64,000 bases of DNA, taken from positions 288,001-352,000 of the forward strand of contig CAVSGO010000006.1 in the NCBI GenBank assembly GCA_963727525.1. Reading direction: 5' to 3'. The translations under genes and the position numbers were made by a program. How positions within the stretch are numbered: the stretch's first letter is position 1; every line of letters begins with the position of its first letter. Under the pieces are notes generated by a model. The model saw only the letters and a list, made by a program, of their open reading frames with translations, was not told the DNA's origin and made no database searches. Origin of the DNA: an uncultured bacterium. Its GTDB lineage: Bacteria > Krumholzibacteriota > Krumholzibacteriia > LZORAL124-64-63. Below, one piece after another: positions 46,171 through 56,181 of this stretch.

Positions 46171-48660
46171 GTGCGGAAAGTCGTTGTCGTCATTTCGTTT
46201 GTCGTGGTCGTCCTGCTCGGATGGTTCGCTGGTTGCGGGCCGGAATCCGAGCTGGGTGGCGCCGCGCTACCCAATCGGGCCCCTGATACCCGCATCACGG
46301 CGTCGCCCCCCGATCCCAGCGAGACGAGCTGTACCGTCAGCTTCGCCTGGTTCGGCAACGACCCCGACGGCTTCGTCAAGGGGTTCGAGTGGCGTCTGAG
46401 CGACAACGGCGACGACGGCATCAGCGTTCAGGACACGGTCACCGTGGACCCTGTCAGCGGCGCCCTCCTGCATCCCTGGCACTACACGACAGGCCCCGAG
46501 ACCACCCTGGTCGTCTCGGCGCCTCTCGACAGCTTCCCCGGCGATCCCCCCGGCATCGTGCGCAGCTATCAGACCCACACGTTCTTCGTGCGCTCCATGG
46601 ACGACGCGGGTGCCACCGATCCCTCGCCGGCCAGCATCAGCTTCACGACGACCACGCTCATCCCGACGGCCGTGGTCGAGCTGCCCATCGCCAGCGCCGC
46701 CGAGCCGTCCGCGGTCGCGAAGACGGTGGGTTTTCGCTACGACGGCGTGGATGCGGATTTCGAGACGGGCCGCCCGACCCGGGTGCGCTTCCTCTTCAAG
46801 CCGGCTGTATTTCCGGATGGTAGGCAAGCGACCTCGCGCGCCGACATCGTTCGCGATATCGATTTCTTCGCATCGTTCAGCGACTCGAGCTGGTCGGACT
46901 GGCGGCCGTTCGCGGCCGACCCAGCCCGACGCACGGTGTCCTTTCCCGGCTTTCCCGCACAGGATCCTAACGGCCGGCGCCTCTACTATCTCTTCTTCAT
47001 CCAGACGCAGGACACCACCGGCGCCGTCAGCATCAATCGACGGTACGGGCAGAATCTCCGCCACTTCTTCATCTCCGAGAGCGCACCGTCGGTCTCGCTC
47101 AACGAAACCTACCTCGGGACTCGTCAAGGCGCGGGAGAGGATCTCCTGGTCGACTTCGATATCGCGGTGGGGCAGGAACTCAACTTCAGCTGGTCGGCGT
47201 CGGCCGAAGCCTACGTCGGGGAGATCCGATCCTATCGCTACGGTTGGGACGTCACGGATCCCCACGATCCGTTCGATCCCCACTGGGCCATCGCGCCGGG
47301 CCTGACCTCGCGCCACCGCATGGCGCCCTCCCGGGCATTCACCTCCGGCGTGCACACCCTCACGGTCGAGGTGCGGGACAATGCTGATCAGGTGGCGAGG
47401 ATCACGGCGCGGCTCAACGTCGTGCCTGTGCCCGATCTGGTCGACCGTCACAGTGTCGTGATCGTGGATGACGTGTACGATCGTACGAGTAATGCCTGGC
47501 CCGCGATCGACGGCAGGCCTCTCGACAACGATCGCTATCGCGATGCGTTCTGGCGGGCGGCGCTCGGCGGGGCCGGAGGCGTCTTCGACTTCATTCCGGG
47601 ACGCGACGAATTCGATGCCGAGGTCAGTGATCCCTCGCTTCGGGATATCGTCAATTATCGCTGCGTGATATGGACGACACGCTGGTCGACCTGGCCGGCC
47701 AGCTACGTCGCGCGCGGATTCCGGACCAACTCCTTCGATACCGAGCGCTACAACTGGCTGTTCAACTACCAGGACACGATCGGCAACGTGTTTCTCTGCG
47801 CGTCACGCGGCATGGACGCGTTCCTCAAGTCCACGACGCAATATGCCACGCCGATCATCTTCGAGACCACCGAGGGCGATGCGCACGGCTACAGCGGCGA
47901 CCTGCGAGTCGGCTTCGGGCAACGCACCGCCATCGACGGCACCACGTTCTTCGCTGGTCCGACCCGTTATCCGTACACCGCCTGGGGCATCGCCACGCTC
48001 GATTTCATGTCGCCGACCAACAACTACGTGATTTACGGTTCCGATCCGGAAGTGTCCGTACGAACCGGACGCCAGTCGTCTTGCGCCTCCACGAAGGGCC
48101 TGATCATCGATCCCGACTTCGCGGCGCGCTATATGCCGTCGGGCGTCGCCTTCGCCGAGACGACACTGGCCAGCACCCAGATCGAATGGCGCGATCTTTC
48201 GCCGAGCTATTACGACAACCTCAATGTCAACTATGCGTGGGGCAACACGGAGTTCTACGACCAGGTGATCACGCATCGCAACACCGCCTGGCACGCGCAG
48301 GTGTGCCCGGGCGCGCCCGGTGATCGGTGCGTCGAGCCCATGTTCCGGTCCCTCGCACGCTTCGACTGGATCCGCGCGCAACACCGGCGCGTCGATCCGG
48401 ACGACACCTGGCCGGACGGATATTATACCGTCCCCATAGCGAGCCTTTGCGGACCCTACGCTCTGAACTACGATGGGACCTCGGCGGCGACGAGCGGATT
48501 GACCGTGGGCTTCGTGTCTCACCGACTGGAAGCCCGCAAGCCCACCGGGGTCGGCGATGTCATGTGGGGATTCGATCCGTATCGATTCGATTCGGGCGAG
48601 ATCATCAAGGCCGTGCAGTGGGTCCTCGGCGAGCACTTCAATCTGCCCATGCGTCCCTAG
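46171..48660 (+). CDS. Large hypothetical lipoprotein (Ig-like repeats plus C-terminal alpha/beta domain)
   Basis: Lipobox WFAG-C; NRAPDTRIT, HTFFVRSMDDAGATDPSPA, GVHTLTVEVRDN; 829-aa open frame. Confidence 0.7.
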   Translation: MRKVVVVISFVVVVLLGWFAGCGPESELGGAALPNRAPDTRITASPPDPSETSCTVSFAWFGNDPDGFVKGFEWRLSDNGDDGISVQDTVTVDPVSGALLHPWHYTTGPETTLVVSAPLDSFPGDPPGIVRSYQTHTFFVRSMDDAGATDPSPASISFTTTTLIPTAVVELPIASAAEPSAVAKTVGFRYDGVDADFETGRPTRVRFLFKPAVFPDGRQATSRADIVRDIDFFASFSDSSWSDWRPFAADPARRTVSFPGFPAQDPNGRRLYYLFFIQTQDTTGAVSINRRYGQNLRHFFISESAPSVSLNETYLGTRQGAGEDLLVDFDIAVGQELNFSWSASAEAYVGEIRSYRYGWDVTDPHDPFDPHWAIAPGLTSRHRMAPSRAFTSGVHTLTVEVRDNADQVARITARLNVVPVPDLVDRHSVVIVDDVYDRTSNAWPAIDGRPLDNDRYRDAFWRAALGGAGGVFDFIPGRDEFDAEVSDPSLRDIVNYRCVIWTTRWSTWPASYVARGFRTNSFDTERYNWLFNYQDTIGNVFLCASRGMDAFLKSTTQYATPIIFETTEGDAHGYSGDLRVGFGQRTAIDGTTFFAGPTRYPYTAWGIATLDFMSPTNNYVIYGSDPEVSVRTGRQSSCASTKGLIIDPDFAARYMPSGVAFAETTLASTQIEWRDLSPSYYDNLNVNYAWGNTEFYDQVITHRNTAWHAQVCPGAPGDRCVEPMFRSLARFDWIRAQHRRVDPDDTWPDGYYTVPIASLCGPYALNYDGTSAATSGLTVGFVSHRLEARKPTGVGDVMWGFDPYRFDSGEIIKAVQWVLGEHFNLPMRP

Positions 48661-48670
48661 TCCCGGCCGG

Positions 48671-50341
48671 CTAGCGTGTGGCCATGGTCGGGTGTTTATC
48701 GTGGAACCCCGTCGCGCCCTCATAGGCCCTCGCCACCTCCAGCAACGTGGCCTCGTCGTACAGGCGTCCGATGAATGTGAGGCTGTGAGGCTGAGCCGGT
48801 GCCGTGAAGCCGTCCGGGAGCACCACGCACGGGTGACCGGTCAGGTTCGTCACCAGCAGGTTCGCACCGCCGAAGGCTGGAGACACGTACACGTCGACCG
48901 TGTCCATCACCTTGCCCATGGCCTGCACGAGTTGCCAGCGGGCGCGATTGGCCTGCAGGTAGGACACGGCGGGGATCAGTTGCGCCGTGCGGAACACGTT
49001 GGGCCAGGCGCTGCGGATCTGGCGGACGAGCAAGGAGTCGCGGCCCGAGGCCGTGAGCTCGTCGAAGGCGGCGGCGGCTTCGGCCGAGAGGATGAGGCCG
49101 AGGGGGGCGACGGCGCTGTCCGGCAAGGCGATGGGGATCATCCGCGCGCCCAGGCCCCGCAGCACCTCGAGGGCGGCCCGGTCGAGGTCGCGCCCCGGGT
49201 CGTTCTCGTCGAAAGCCGCGGCGAGGTAGCCGATGCGCAGGCTCGCGAGATCGACCCTGGGTCGGTAGGCGAATGGCAGGTCGACCACGGTCTGGTCGCG
49301 GCCGTCGGGGCCGCGGATCACGTCGAAGACCATCGCGCAGTCTTCCACCGAACGGGCGATCGGTCCCGGCTTGTCCATCGTCCAGCTCAGCGCCATGGCG
49401 CCGGCGCGACTCACGCGGCCGAACGTCGGGCGCAGGCCCGTACAGCCGCAGCGCGTGCTGGGAGACACGATGGAGCCGAGGGTTTCGGTGCCCAGTGCGA
49501 AGGGGACGAGTCCGGCGGCCACGGCGGCAGCCGAGCCGGCGGACGAGCCGCTCGAGCCTTGCTCGAGGTTCCAGGGATTGCGCGTCATGCCGCCGAACCA
49601 CACGTCGCCCCAGGCGAGGGCGCCCAGCGTGAGCTTGGCCACGAGCACGGCGCCGGCGTCCTCGAGCTTGCGGATGACGGTGGCGGTGTCGTCGAGCGTC
49701 TGGTCGCGGAAGGGGGCGGCGCCCCACGTGGTGGGGTAGCCGGGATACGCGAAGAGGTCCTTGGCTCCGAACGGGATGCCGTGCAGCGGACCGCGGTAGT
49801 GCCCCGCTGCGATCTCGGTGTCGGCGCGGGCCGCGGCCGCGAGGGCATGGTCCTCGGTGAGGGTGATGACGCACTCGAGACGTGGGCCGTAGCGCTTCAG
49901 GCGCTCGAGGCTGAGGCGGGTCAGCTCCACGGACGTGACCTGCCGTGTCGCGATCAGCCTCGCGAGCTGGCCGATGCTCGCGAACGCGAGGGAGTCGAGG
50001 TTGGCGGGTCGCGTCACCGCGCCCGGGTTGCTCCATCGCGACTCGCCGGTGGCCAGGTAGGCGCGCGGGTCGCAGCCGCGGGGGAGCGGCTGGAAGAACG
50101 TGGCGGGCGGCACGTCGTTGGGGATCGCCAGTGCGCGCAGCGCCAGAGTGGCCTCGAGCTGGTCGACGAGATCGGGCAGCATCGTGTCGATCTCGGCGTC
50201 GGTGAGCGCGAGACCGGCGATGGCCGTGGCGGTCTCGCGAACCTGCGCACGCGTAAACGTCGTGTCCGCCGGCGCGGCGTGCACCGTGGCCGACGTGCCG
50301 AGAGTGAGCAGGAAGGCGAGACCCGTGAGCCAGACACGCAT
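48671..50341 (-). CDS. Secreted amidase-signature family enzyme
   Basis: PLHGIPFGAKDL, GSSGSSAGS, GTETLGSIVSPS (Ser-cisSer-Lys triad); signal peptide. Confidence 0.9.
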   Translation of the reverse strand: MRVWLTGLAFLLTLGTSATVHAAPADTTFTRAQVRETATAIAGLALTDAEIDTMLPDLVDQLEATLALRALAIPNDVPPATFFQPLPRGCDPRAYLATGESRWSNPGAVTRPANLDSLAFASIGQLARLIATRQVTSVELTRLSLERLKRYGPRLECVITLTEDHALAAAARADTEIAAGHYRGPLHGIPFGAKDLFAYPGYPTTWGAAPFRDQTLDDTATVIRKLEDAGAVLVAKLTLGALAWGDVWFGGMTRNPWNLEQGSSGSSAGSAAAVAAGLVPFALGTETLGSIVSPSTRCGCTGLRPTFGRVSRAGAMALSWTMDKPGPIARSVEDCAMVFDVIRGPDGRDQTVVDLPFAYRPRVDLASLRIGYLAAAFDENDPGRDLDRAALEVLRGLGARMIPIALPDSAVAPLGLILSAEAAAAFDELTASGRDSLLVRQIRSAWPNVFRTAQLIPAVSYLQANRARWQLVQAMGKVMDTVDVYVSPAFGGANLLVTNLTGHPCVVLPDGFTAPAQPHSLTFIGRLYDEATLLEVARAYEGATGFHDKHPTMATR

Positions 50342-50476
50342 GGTCGACGACTCCTCGTTGGCGGCGAAACCCCGTGGCCACCAGTATGGTGGAGGTAGGT
50401 ACCCATCTTCCGGTGGCTGGTGTCATCCTGGCAAGACCAAGTTGTGGTCGAGGTCGCGATCGACGGAGGTGTGATC

Positions 50477-50938
50477 ATGCAGATCCGGACAATCCTGTGT
50501 CCCACCGATTTCTCGGAGCCGGCCGACCACGCGCTCGCGGAGGCTGCGGGGCTGGCGCGGCAGTTCGGCGCGCGGCTGATCCTCGCGCATGTGATCGAGC
50601 CCGTGCCCATGCTGCCCTCGCCCCAGGTGGGGACGGTCCCGGCCTTCGATGTCGGCGCATACAGCGCGCTCATGCGCGAGACCGCCACGAAGCATCTGCA
50701 GGAACGGATCGAGGCGTGGCGAGCGGACGGGGTCGAGATCGTGGATCGCCTCGGCGAGGGGCTGGTGGCCGACACCATCTGCGATCTGGCGACGAGCGAA
50801 CACGTCGATCTCATCGTGATCGCCACGCATGGTCGCTCGGGATGGAAACGTCTGATCTTCGGCTCCGTGGCGGACAAGATCGTACGGCACGCCGCGTGCC
50901 CCGTGCTCACGATCAAGGAGCCGCGCCACCCTGAATAG
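50477..50938 (+). CDS. Universal stress protein (UspA family)
   Basis: ILCPTDFS, DLIVIATHGRSG, FGSVADKIVRHAACPVL; RBS GGAGG. Confidence 0.93.
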   Translation: MQIRTILCPTDFSEPADHALAEAAGLARQFGARLILAHVIEPVPMLPSPQVGTVPAFDVGAYSALMRETATKHLQERIEAWRADGVEIVDRLGEGLVADTICDLATSEHVDLIVIATHGRSGWKRLIFGSVADKIVRHAACPVLTIKEPRHPE

Positions 50939-51052
50939 CGATCCACGCGAGGACCCGAGCGGCAGAAACGTTCCATTGCACGGCCCGGCTATGATACCAT
51001 GAGCGCGTTCGTCCCGTGTCGTCCGTCGGAGCCCCGCCAAAGGAGCCATCTC

Positions 51053-51775
51053 ATGCGTCTCGTTCAAGTCGCCGTTTGCGGGCTACTCATCCTCCTGATC
51101 ACCGGCAACGCAGCGGCCGCGGTGCCGGCTGTCGGTTTCGACGTCGCCCATGCCCAGGGTGTGAATTATTACTTCACGAACTTCTTCGCCAACCAGGTGC
51201 TCGGCAACGTCTTTACGGTGGTGGGCGATCACGACCTCATCGTCACCGAGCTGGGCGCCTTCGACATGAATCCCGACAATGAGCCGTTCTGGGATCCGGA
51301 GAATCCCACCCACGCCGAGAACGGTTTCAAGTACCACCATGCGGTGGCGATCTTCGACCGACCTTCGATGACGAAGCTGGCCGAGGTCCTGCTGCCGGCG
51401 GGCACCGACGCGCCGATCCGCGATGAGGGCTATCGCTACCTACCACTGGACGAGCAACTCGTGCTCCAGGTAGGGCACACGTACGTGCTCGCGGCGTGGT
51501 GGGCGGCCGACGGTATCGACACCGGCGGCATGGACACGTTCTATCTGATCGGGACGTCGCCGACCGAGATTCCCACGCCGCTGGACGTGAATCCGAGCAT
51601 CTCGATCACCGACGGTTGCTTCAACCCGAACGCGGGCGACGGCTCCGTGGTGGATGCGCCGTTCATCTTCAACATGTTCTGGGGCCTGTATGCCGGCGGC
51701 GCGAACTTCCTAATGGAGGAGCCCACGGCGATCGAGCCGCAGACCTGGGGCGCCGTCAAGACCCTGTTCAACTAG
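51053..51775 (+). CDS. Secreted protein (DUF4082-like beta domain) with C-terminal TWGAVKTLFN tail
   Basis: Signal peptide; LGNVFTV...VTELGAFD, YRYLPL...LQVGHTYVLAA; terminal WGxxK motif; RBS AAGGAG. Confidence 0.7.
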   Translation: MRLVQVAVCGLLILLITGNAAAAVPAVGFDVAHAQGVNYYFTNFFANQVLGNVFTVVGDHDLIVTELGAFDMNPDNEPFWDPENPTHAENGFKYHHAVAIFDRPSMTKLAEVLLPAGTDAPIRDEGYRYLPLDEQLVLQVGHTYVLAAWWAADGIDTGGMDTFYLIGTSPTEIPTPLDVNPSISITDGCFNPNAGDGSVVDAPFIFNMFWGLYAGGANFLMEEPTAIEPQTWGAVKTLFN

Positions 51776-51784
51776 GCCGCGGGG

Positions 51785-52843
51785 TCAGGGCGCCGAGGAT
51801 GCGAGGATCTTCCGCAGGTGGGGAATGAGCGCCGCCGCATAGGCCGCGTGGGCCCGCCGCGACGGGTGCGCGTCATCGGGAAGGTTGCGGTAGCCGGGTC
51901 GCAGCAGATCGACGGCGATGTCCACGGTGTCGATGCCGGCGGCAGCGCAATCGCGCAGGGTGCGCCGGGTCGCACGGTCGTCGAGGATGCCGGCGAGGAC
52001 GAAGGCGATACCCTCGCGCCGGCAGCGCTCCTGGAAGGCGCGGACGATGGCCTCGTTCACGCGCCGGCTATGGCGATGGAGATGGTCTTCCACGCGATCG
52101 AGCAGATGCTCGAGAGCCGCGCTCAGGGCGGAGACAGCGGCGAACGGCAGCGGATGATAGTGGGGCAGGTCGCGGACGACGCGGAAGCCGTCGTTCGTGG
52201 CCACGGCCCGTGGGAGGCCCTCTTCCAGTTCCCGCCGCGTGGGCTGGAGCGATCGCGACCACTCCCGGGTCCAGGTGTTGCGCCCGTCGTGGAATGACGC
52301 GTAGGCGAGCACCACGGCCACCGGCGTCTCGCCGGCCGCGAGCGCCTCCTGGAAGCGCAGCCAGCAGGCGAGCGTGCCATAGCCGCCCACGCCGAAGTTG
52401 CGCACGTCGTGGCGGGGCAGGGCGGACTGGACGAGCCAGGGAAACGTGTGCTCGTCGTCCACCGACCAGCCGTGCGTGAACGAGCCACCCATGATCCAGA
52501 TCTGCGGCAGCGAGTCGCGGCTCGCCTCGCCGGGGGGGCGCGTCCAGCGCAACCCGTCGCTGCTGTGGTGGATGGTCACGTCGCGTCCCGACGGGTAGTG
52601 GACGACGAAGGTTCCCGGACCGTAGCGGCAACCAGCAGCCGCGTCGGACACGAACAGGGGGGCGGACGACTCGATCGTGAAACCGCCGTCAGCGTCGGCT
52701 CCCGGCGCCGGCGCGAAGCCGAGCGCGCGCAGAACGAATTCCGCACCCACCAGCATGACCACCAGGACGCCGCCCGCGAGCAGCACGCGACGTCGCCATC
52801 CGTCCGTGGCGTGTGCTTGGTGTGGAGGTCTCGTCGTGACCAT
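51785..52843 (-). CDS. Membrane-anchored SGNH/GDSL hydrolase family protein
   Basis: N-terminal TM (AEFVLR); GGSFTHG, NFGVGGYG, DAHPS. Confidence 0.78.
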   Translation of the reverse strand: MVTTRPPHQAHATDGWRRRVLLAGGVLVVMLVGAEFVLRALGFAPAPGADADGGFTIESSAPLFVSDAAAGCRYGPGTFVVHYPSGRDVTIHHSSDGLRWTRPPGEASRDSLPQIWIMGGSFTHGWSVDDEHTFPWLVQSALPRHDVRNFGVGGYGTLACWLRFQEALAAGETPVAVVLAYASFHDGRNTWTREWSRSLQPTRRELEEGLPRAVATNDGFRVVRDLPHYHPLPFAAVSALSAALEHLLDRVEDHLHRHSRRVNEAIVRAFQERCRREGIAFVLAGILDDRATRRTLRDCAAAGIDTVDIAVDLLRPGYRNLPDDAHPSRRAHAAYAAALIPHLRKILASSAP

Positions 52844-53013
52844 GCTGGCGTCTCCGCGGGGCGGGAGCGGGATGGCGTGTGCGAGTAGCATCGGCGCAGG
52901 CGCCGCGCCCGTCAACGCCAGAACCCGCCGGAAATGCGGACGCCGGGCCGGCGAAGTGCCGGGCCCGGCGTCGTGGACGGGTCGCGCGCGTGGCGCAGCG
53001 CCCGGTTGCGGCG

Positions 53014-56000
53014 CTACTTCACGAGAGCCATGCGGCCGACAAAGTCGTTCTGGCCGCTCCTGACGCGGTAGAAGTACACGCCCGCGGCAGCGGTGCGGCC
53101 GGCATTGTCCGTGCCGTTCCACTGCAGGCTGTGAGTGGCTGCCGGGAGATCCTCGTCCAGGAGCGTGCGGACGAGGCGGCCGGCCACGTCGTAGATCATG
53201 ACACGGGTGCGAGCCGCGGCGGGCAGATCGAACCGGATCGTGGTCGACGGGTTGAACGGGTTGGGGAAGTTGGGGGACACGTGGAACACCGCCGGCGTCA
53301 TGTCCTCCACCGGCGTAGCGCCGCAGCCCGCGCTCAGAGCACCGATAAGGTCGCAGCCGCCGCTGTTGGCCGGTGCGCACGGCGAATCGTTCGCGACGTG
53401 GAAGTTGCTGTTCGGCGCGTCGCAGAACAGGGGGTCGGCCGCGATGTTGCCGTTGCTGCCGACGGGATCGGCGATGCCGCTGACGTCATTCGAGGCGTTG
53501 CCGTAGAGGTCGCAGCAGCTCACGGTCGTGGCTCCGCCCAGAACGCCGATGCCGTTGCCGTACGAGGTGCCGCCAGTGTTGAAGGCGGTGATGGTGTTGC
53601 TCAGATCGAGTGAGCCGCCACTCAGGTAGATACCGCCCCCGCCCGAGGCCGTGGCGTCGTTGCCCGTGAAGGTGGAACTGGTCAGCGTCGCCGTGGTGCC
53701 GCCGTCCAGCGCGATGCCGCCGGCCCAGTACAGGGCCGCGTTCCCGGAGAAGACAGCGCCGCCGATCTGGGCGCTGGCGCAGTTCGTGAGCTGTATGCCA
53801 GCGCCGACGTTGGCGGTGTTGTCGTACGCGCCGCCGCCGTCGATGGTGACCGTCGCGTCGCTGGCGAACAGTCCGCCGCCGCCCATGAACGTGGCGTCGG
53901 CCGTCCGCGTGTTGCCCTCGAGGTCCACGTTGTTGAGGGTGAGAGTGCCGGCCAGCTGGCAGATGCCGGCGCCGTTGGTCTTGGCACTGTTGCCCGAGAT
54001 CGTACCGCCATCGATGGTCAGGATGTTGGTGGTGGTGTTCATCGTCTTGGCGAGGATGCCGCCGCCGCGGTTCGTGCCGAGGTGCCCGGAAACGGTGATG
54101 TCGGTCATGTGCACGGTCGCGTCCACGAGGCAGATGCCGCCACCCTCGGGCGGATTGGCGGCGTTGCTGGTGTTGGGCGTGTTGTCGGAAACAGTGACGT
54201 TCGTGAACGTGGGCGAGCCCTTGTAGACGAAGATGCCACTGCCGTACACGGCCGAGTTGCCGTCGATCTGGACATTCTCGAGGACGGCAGTGGAGTTGTA
54301 GAGGGCGATGCCGCCGCCCATGCCGAGGTCCGCGCTCGACCCAACGCTGTTGGCCGTGATCCGCAAGTTGCGCAGGACGGGCGACTTCTGGTTGAGCATG
54401 ATGCCGCCGCCGAAATAGCCGGTGTACGGCAGGTCGGAGAAGTACCGCCCCTCGCCACCCTGGCAGAGGAAGCCGTCGATCTCGGCCGTGTTGTCCACAT
54501 CGCCGAGGAAATTCAGGGCCGGATGACCGTTGCCGCCCTGGACGACGGTCGGGTTGTTCAGGGGGTCGCGGGTGACGTAGCCGGGGTCATACGCGCCGAA
54601 GATCTTCAGTCCCTTGCCGAGCATCGTCGTCTCGGTCAGAATCTGGTTGGAGAGCACCTTGATCGTGTCGCCCGGTGCGGCTTCGACCATCGCGTCGCGC
54701 AGGAGGGCGAACTCACCCGGCACCTGCTGCACGTTGTCTCCGAGGGCCATGAGCAGGTTGATGCGGCCGTGGCCAAGATCGCCGATGAAGCCCGGATTCT
54801 CGCTGTCGATGTTGTCGCACGTGTTCTGCAGGAGCGTGACCACCTGGGACGACGTGAACTCGGGATGGGCCGACCAGATCAGCGCGCAGGCGCCGGCGGT
54901 GATCGGCGACGAGAAGCTCGTACCCTGCGTGCTCGTGTAGGTGTGGGTATCGCTGGACGGCACGTAGGCCGTGGTCCAGATCGCGACGCCGGGCGCGCAC
55001 ACGTCGATCCACGAACCGTAGTCCGAGAAATCCGCCTTGCCGTCGTTGCTGTTGGTGGCGGCAACGGTGAGGATGCGGTCGTCGTTGAGGCCCTGCAGGT
55101 AGCCCGGCACGTCGGTGGCGTCGTTGCCGGCGGATACGCAGATGATGCAGCCGGCGCTCAGCGCCGCGTTGATCGCGCTGTCAAAGGCCGAACTGTAACC
55201 GGTGCCGTAGGAGAGGTTGATGATCTTGGCGCCGTTGGCCGCAGCGTAGGTGAAGCCCTGCGCCATGAAGCCGGCGTTGCTGTAGCCGTTGCCATCCGAG
55301 GAGAGCCAGCCGATACGCACGGCCATGATCTTGCAACCGGGCGCCATGGCCGCGATGCCGATGCCGTTGTCCGTGATCGGAGCGATGCAGCCCGAGACGA
55401 GCGTACCGTGGCCGCCGAAGTCCATCGGATCGTTGTCTGGCGGTCCCGGATCCTCGCCCGGATAGACCTGGCTCGGTGCGAGGTTGATGAAGTCCCAGCC
55501 GCGGATGTCGTCAACGAGGCCGTTGCTGTCGTCGTCGACCCCGGGCGTGCCGTAATACTCCGTCCAGTTCATCCAGATGGAGCCGCGAGCGTAGTCGGGG
55601 CCGGTGCCGCCGAGATCGGGATGACGATAGTCGACGCCGCTGTCGAGCACGGCCACGATCACGTTCGAGTCACCCAGCGATTCGGCCCAGCCGCCGAGGG
55701 CGCGCGTGTCGCTGCCACCGAGGTCGGTGTTGCGGATGTACCATTGCGTGTCGACGAGGTCGTCGGGGTTGTACGCGGTGCCATCGGCGGGAAGCAGCAG
55801 GTTCGACTCGGCCACGTCGACCATCGAGAGCGCCTCGAGGTCGCGGATCACGGCCGCATTGCCGCCGGTGGCACCGTGGCGAATGATGAAGTGGCGCGCG
55901 AGATCGGCGCGCACCGCCGGATCCTTGAACGACTGGACCATGCCGCCGAAGAGTGGCTCGAGCGTGGCGACGTCGTCGCGAGACAGCACAGCGTCGAGGC

Positions 56001-56181
56001 TGGCGATCCCGGTGTGGGGCTTGCCGGCGACTGGCGTCACGGTGACGTCCTGGCCGACCTTGAACGACACGAGGACCTCGCCGGGAATCGGCTTGGGAGT
56101 GGCGGCGGATGCGGTCTGCAGACCGAAAACCGCCGCAGCCACCAGCAGGAGGGCAACGGATAGGCGAACGGGCTTGAACAT
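53014..56181 (-). CDS. S8 subtilase with parallel beta-helix region and C-terminal FlgD-Ig domain
   Basis: Signal peptide; triad VAVLDSG / GHGTLVSG / GTSFSSP; N.A..GGGI repeats; PNFPNPFNP...YDVAGRLVRTL...WNGTDNAG...GVYFY. Confidence 0.88.
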   Translation of the reverse strand: MFKPVRLSVALLLVAAAVFGLQTASAATPKPIPGEVLVSFKVGQDVTVTPVAGKPHTGIASLDAVLSRDDVATLEPLFGGMVQSFKDPAVRADLARHFIIRHGATGGNAAVIRDLEALSMVDVAESNLLLPADGTAYNPDDLVDTQWYIRNTDLGGSDTRALGGWAESLGDSNVIVAVLDSGVDYRHPDLGGTGPDYARGSIWMNWTEYYGTPGVDDDSNGLVDDIRGWDFINLAPSQVYPGEDPGPPDNDPMDFGGHGTLVSGCIAPITDNGIGIAAMAPGCKIMAVRIGWLSSDGNGYSNAGFMAQGFTYAAANGAKIINLSYGTGYSSAFDSAINAALSAGCIICVSAGNDATDVPGYLQGLNDDRILTVAATNSNDGKADFSDYGSWIDVCAPGVAIWTTAYVPSSDTHTYTSTQGTSFSSPITAGACALIWSAHPEFTSSQVVTLLQNTCDNIDSENPGFIGDLGHGRINLLMALGDNVQQVPGEFALLRDAMVEAAPGDTIKVLSNQILTETTMLGKGLKIFGAYDPGYVTRDPLNNPTVVQGGNGHPALNFLGDVDNTAEIDGFLCQGGEGRYFSDLPYTGYFGGGIMLNQKSPVLRNLRITANSVGSSADLGMGGGIALYNSTAVLENVQIDGNSAVYGSGIFVYKGSPTFTNVTVSDNTPNTSNAANPPEGGGICLVDATVHMTDITVSGHLGTNRGGGILAKTMNTTTNILTIDGGTISGNSAKTNGAGICQLAGTLTLNNVDLEGNTRTADATFMGGGGLFASDATVTIDGGGAYDNTANVGAGIQLTNCASAQIGGAVFSGNAALYWAGGIALDGGTTATLTSSTFTGNDATASGGGGIYLSGGSLDLSNTITAFNTGGTSYGNGIGVLGGATTVSCCDLYGNASNDVSGIADPVGSNGNIAADPLFCDAPNSNFHVANDSPCAPANSGGCDLIGALSAGCGATPVEDMTPAVFHVSPNFPNPFNPSTTIRFDLPAAARTRVMIYDVAGRLVRTLLDEDLPAATHSLQWNGTDNAGRTAAAGVYFYRVRSGQNDFVGRMALVK

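Noticed and set aside
52939-52972. Intrinsic terminator after the S8 gene
   Set aside because: A GC hairpin is present but has no U-tract on either strand; function unsupported
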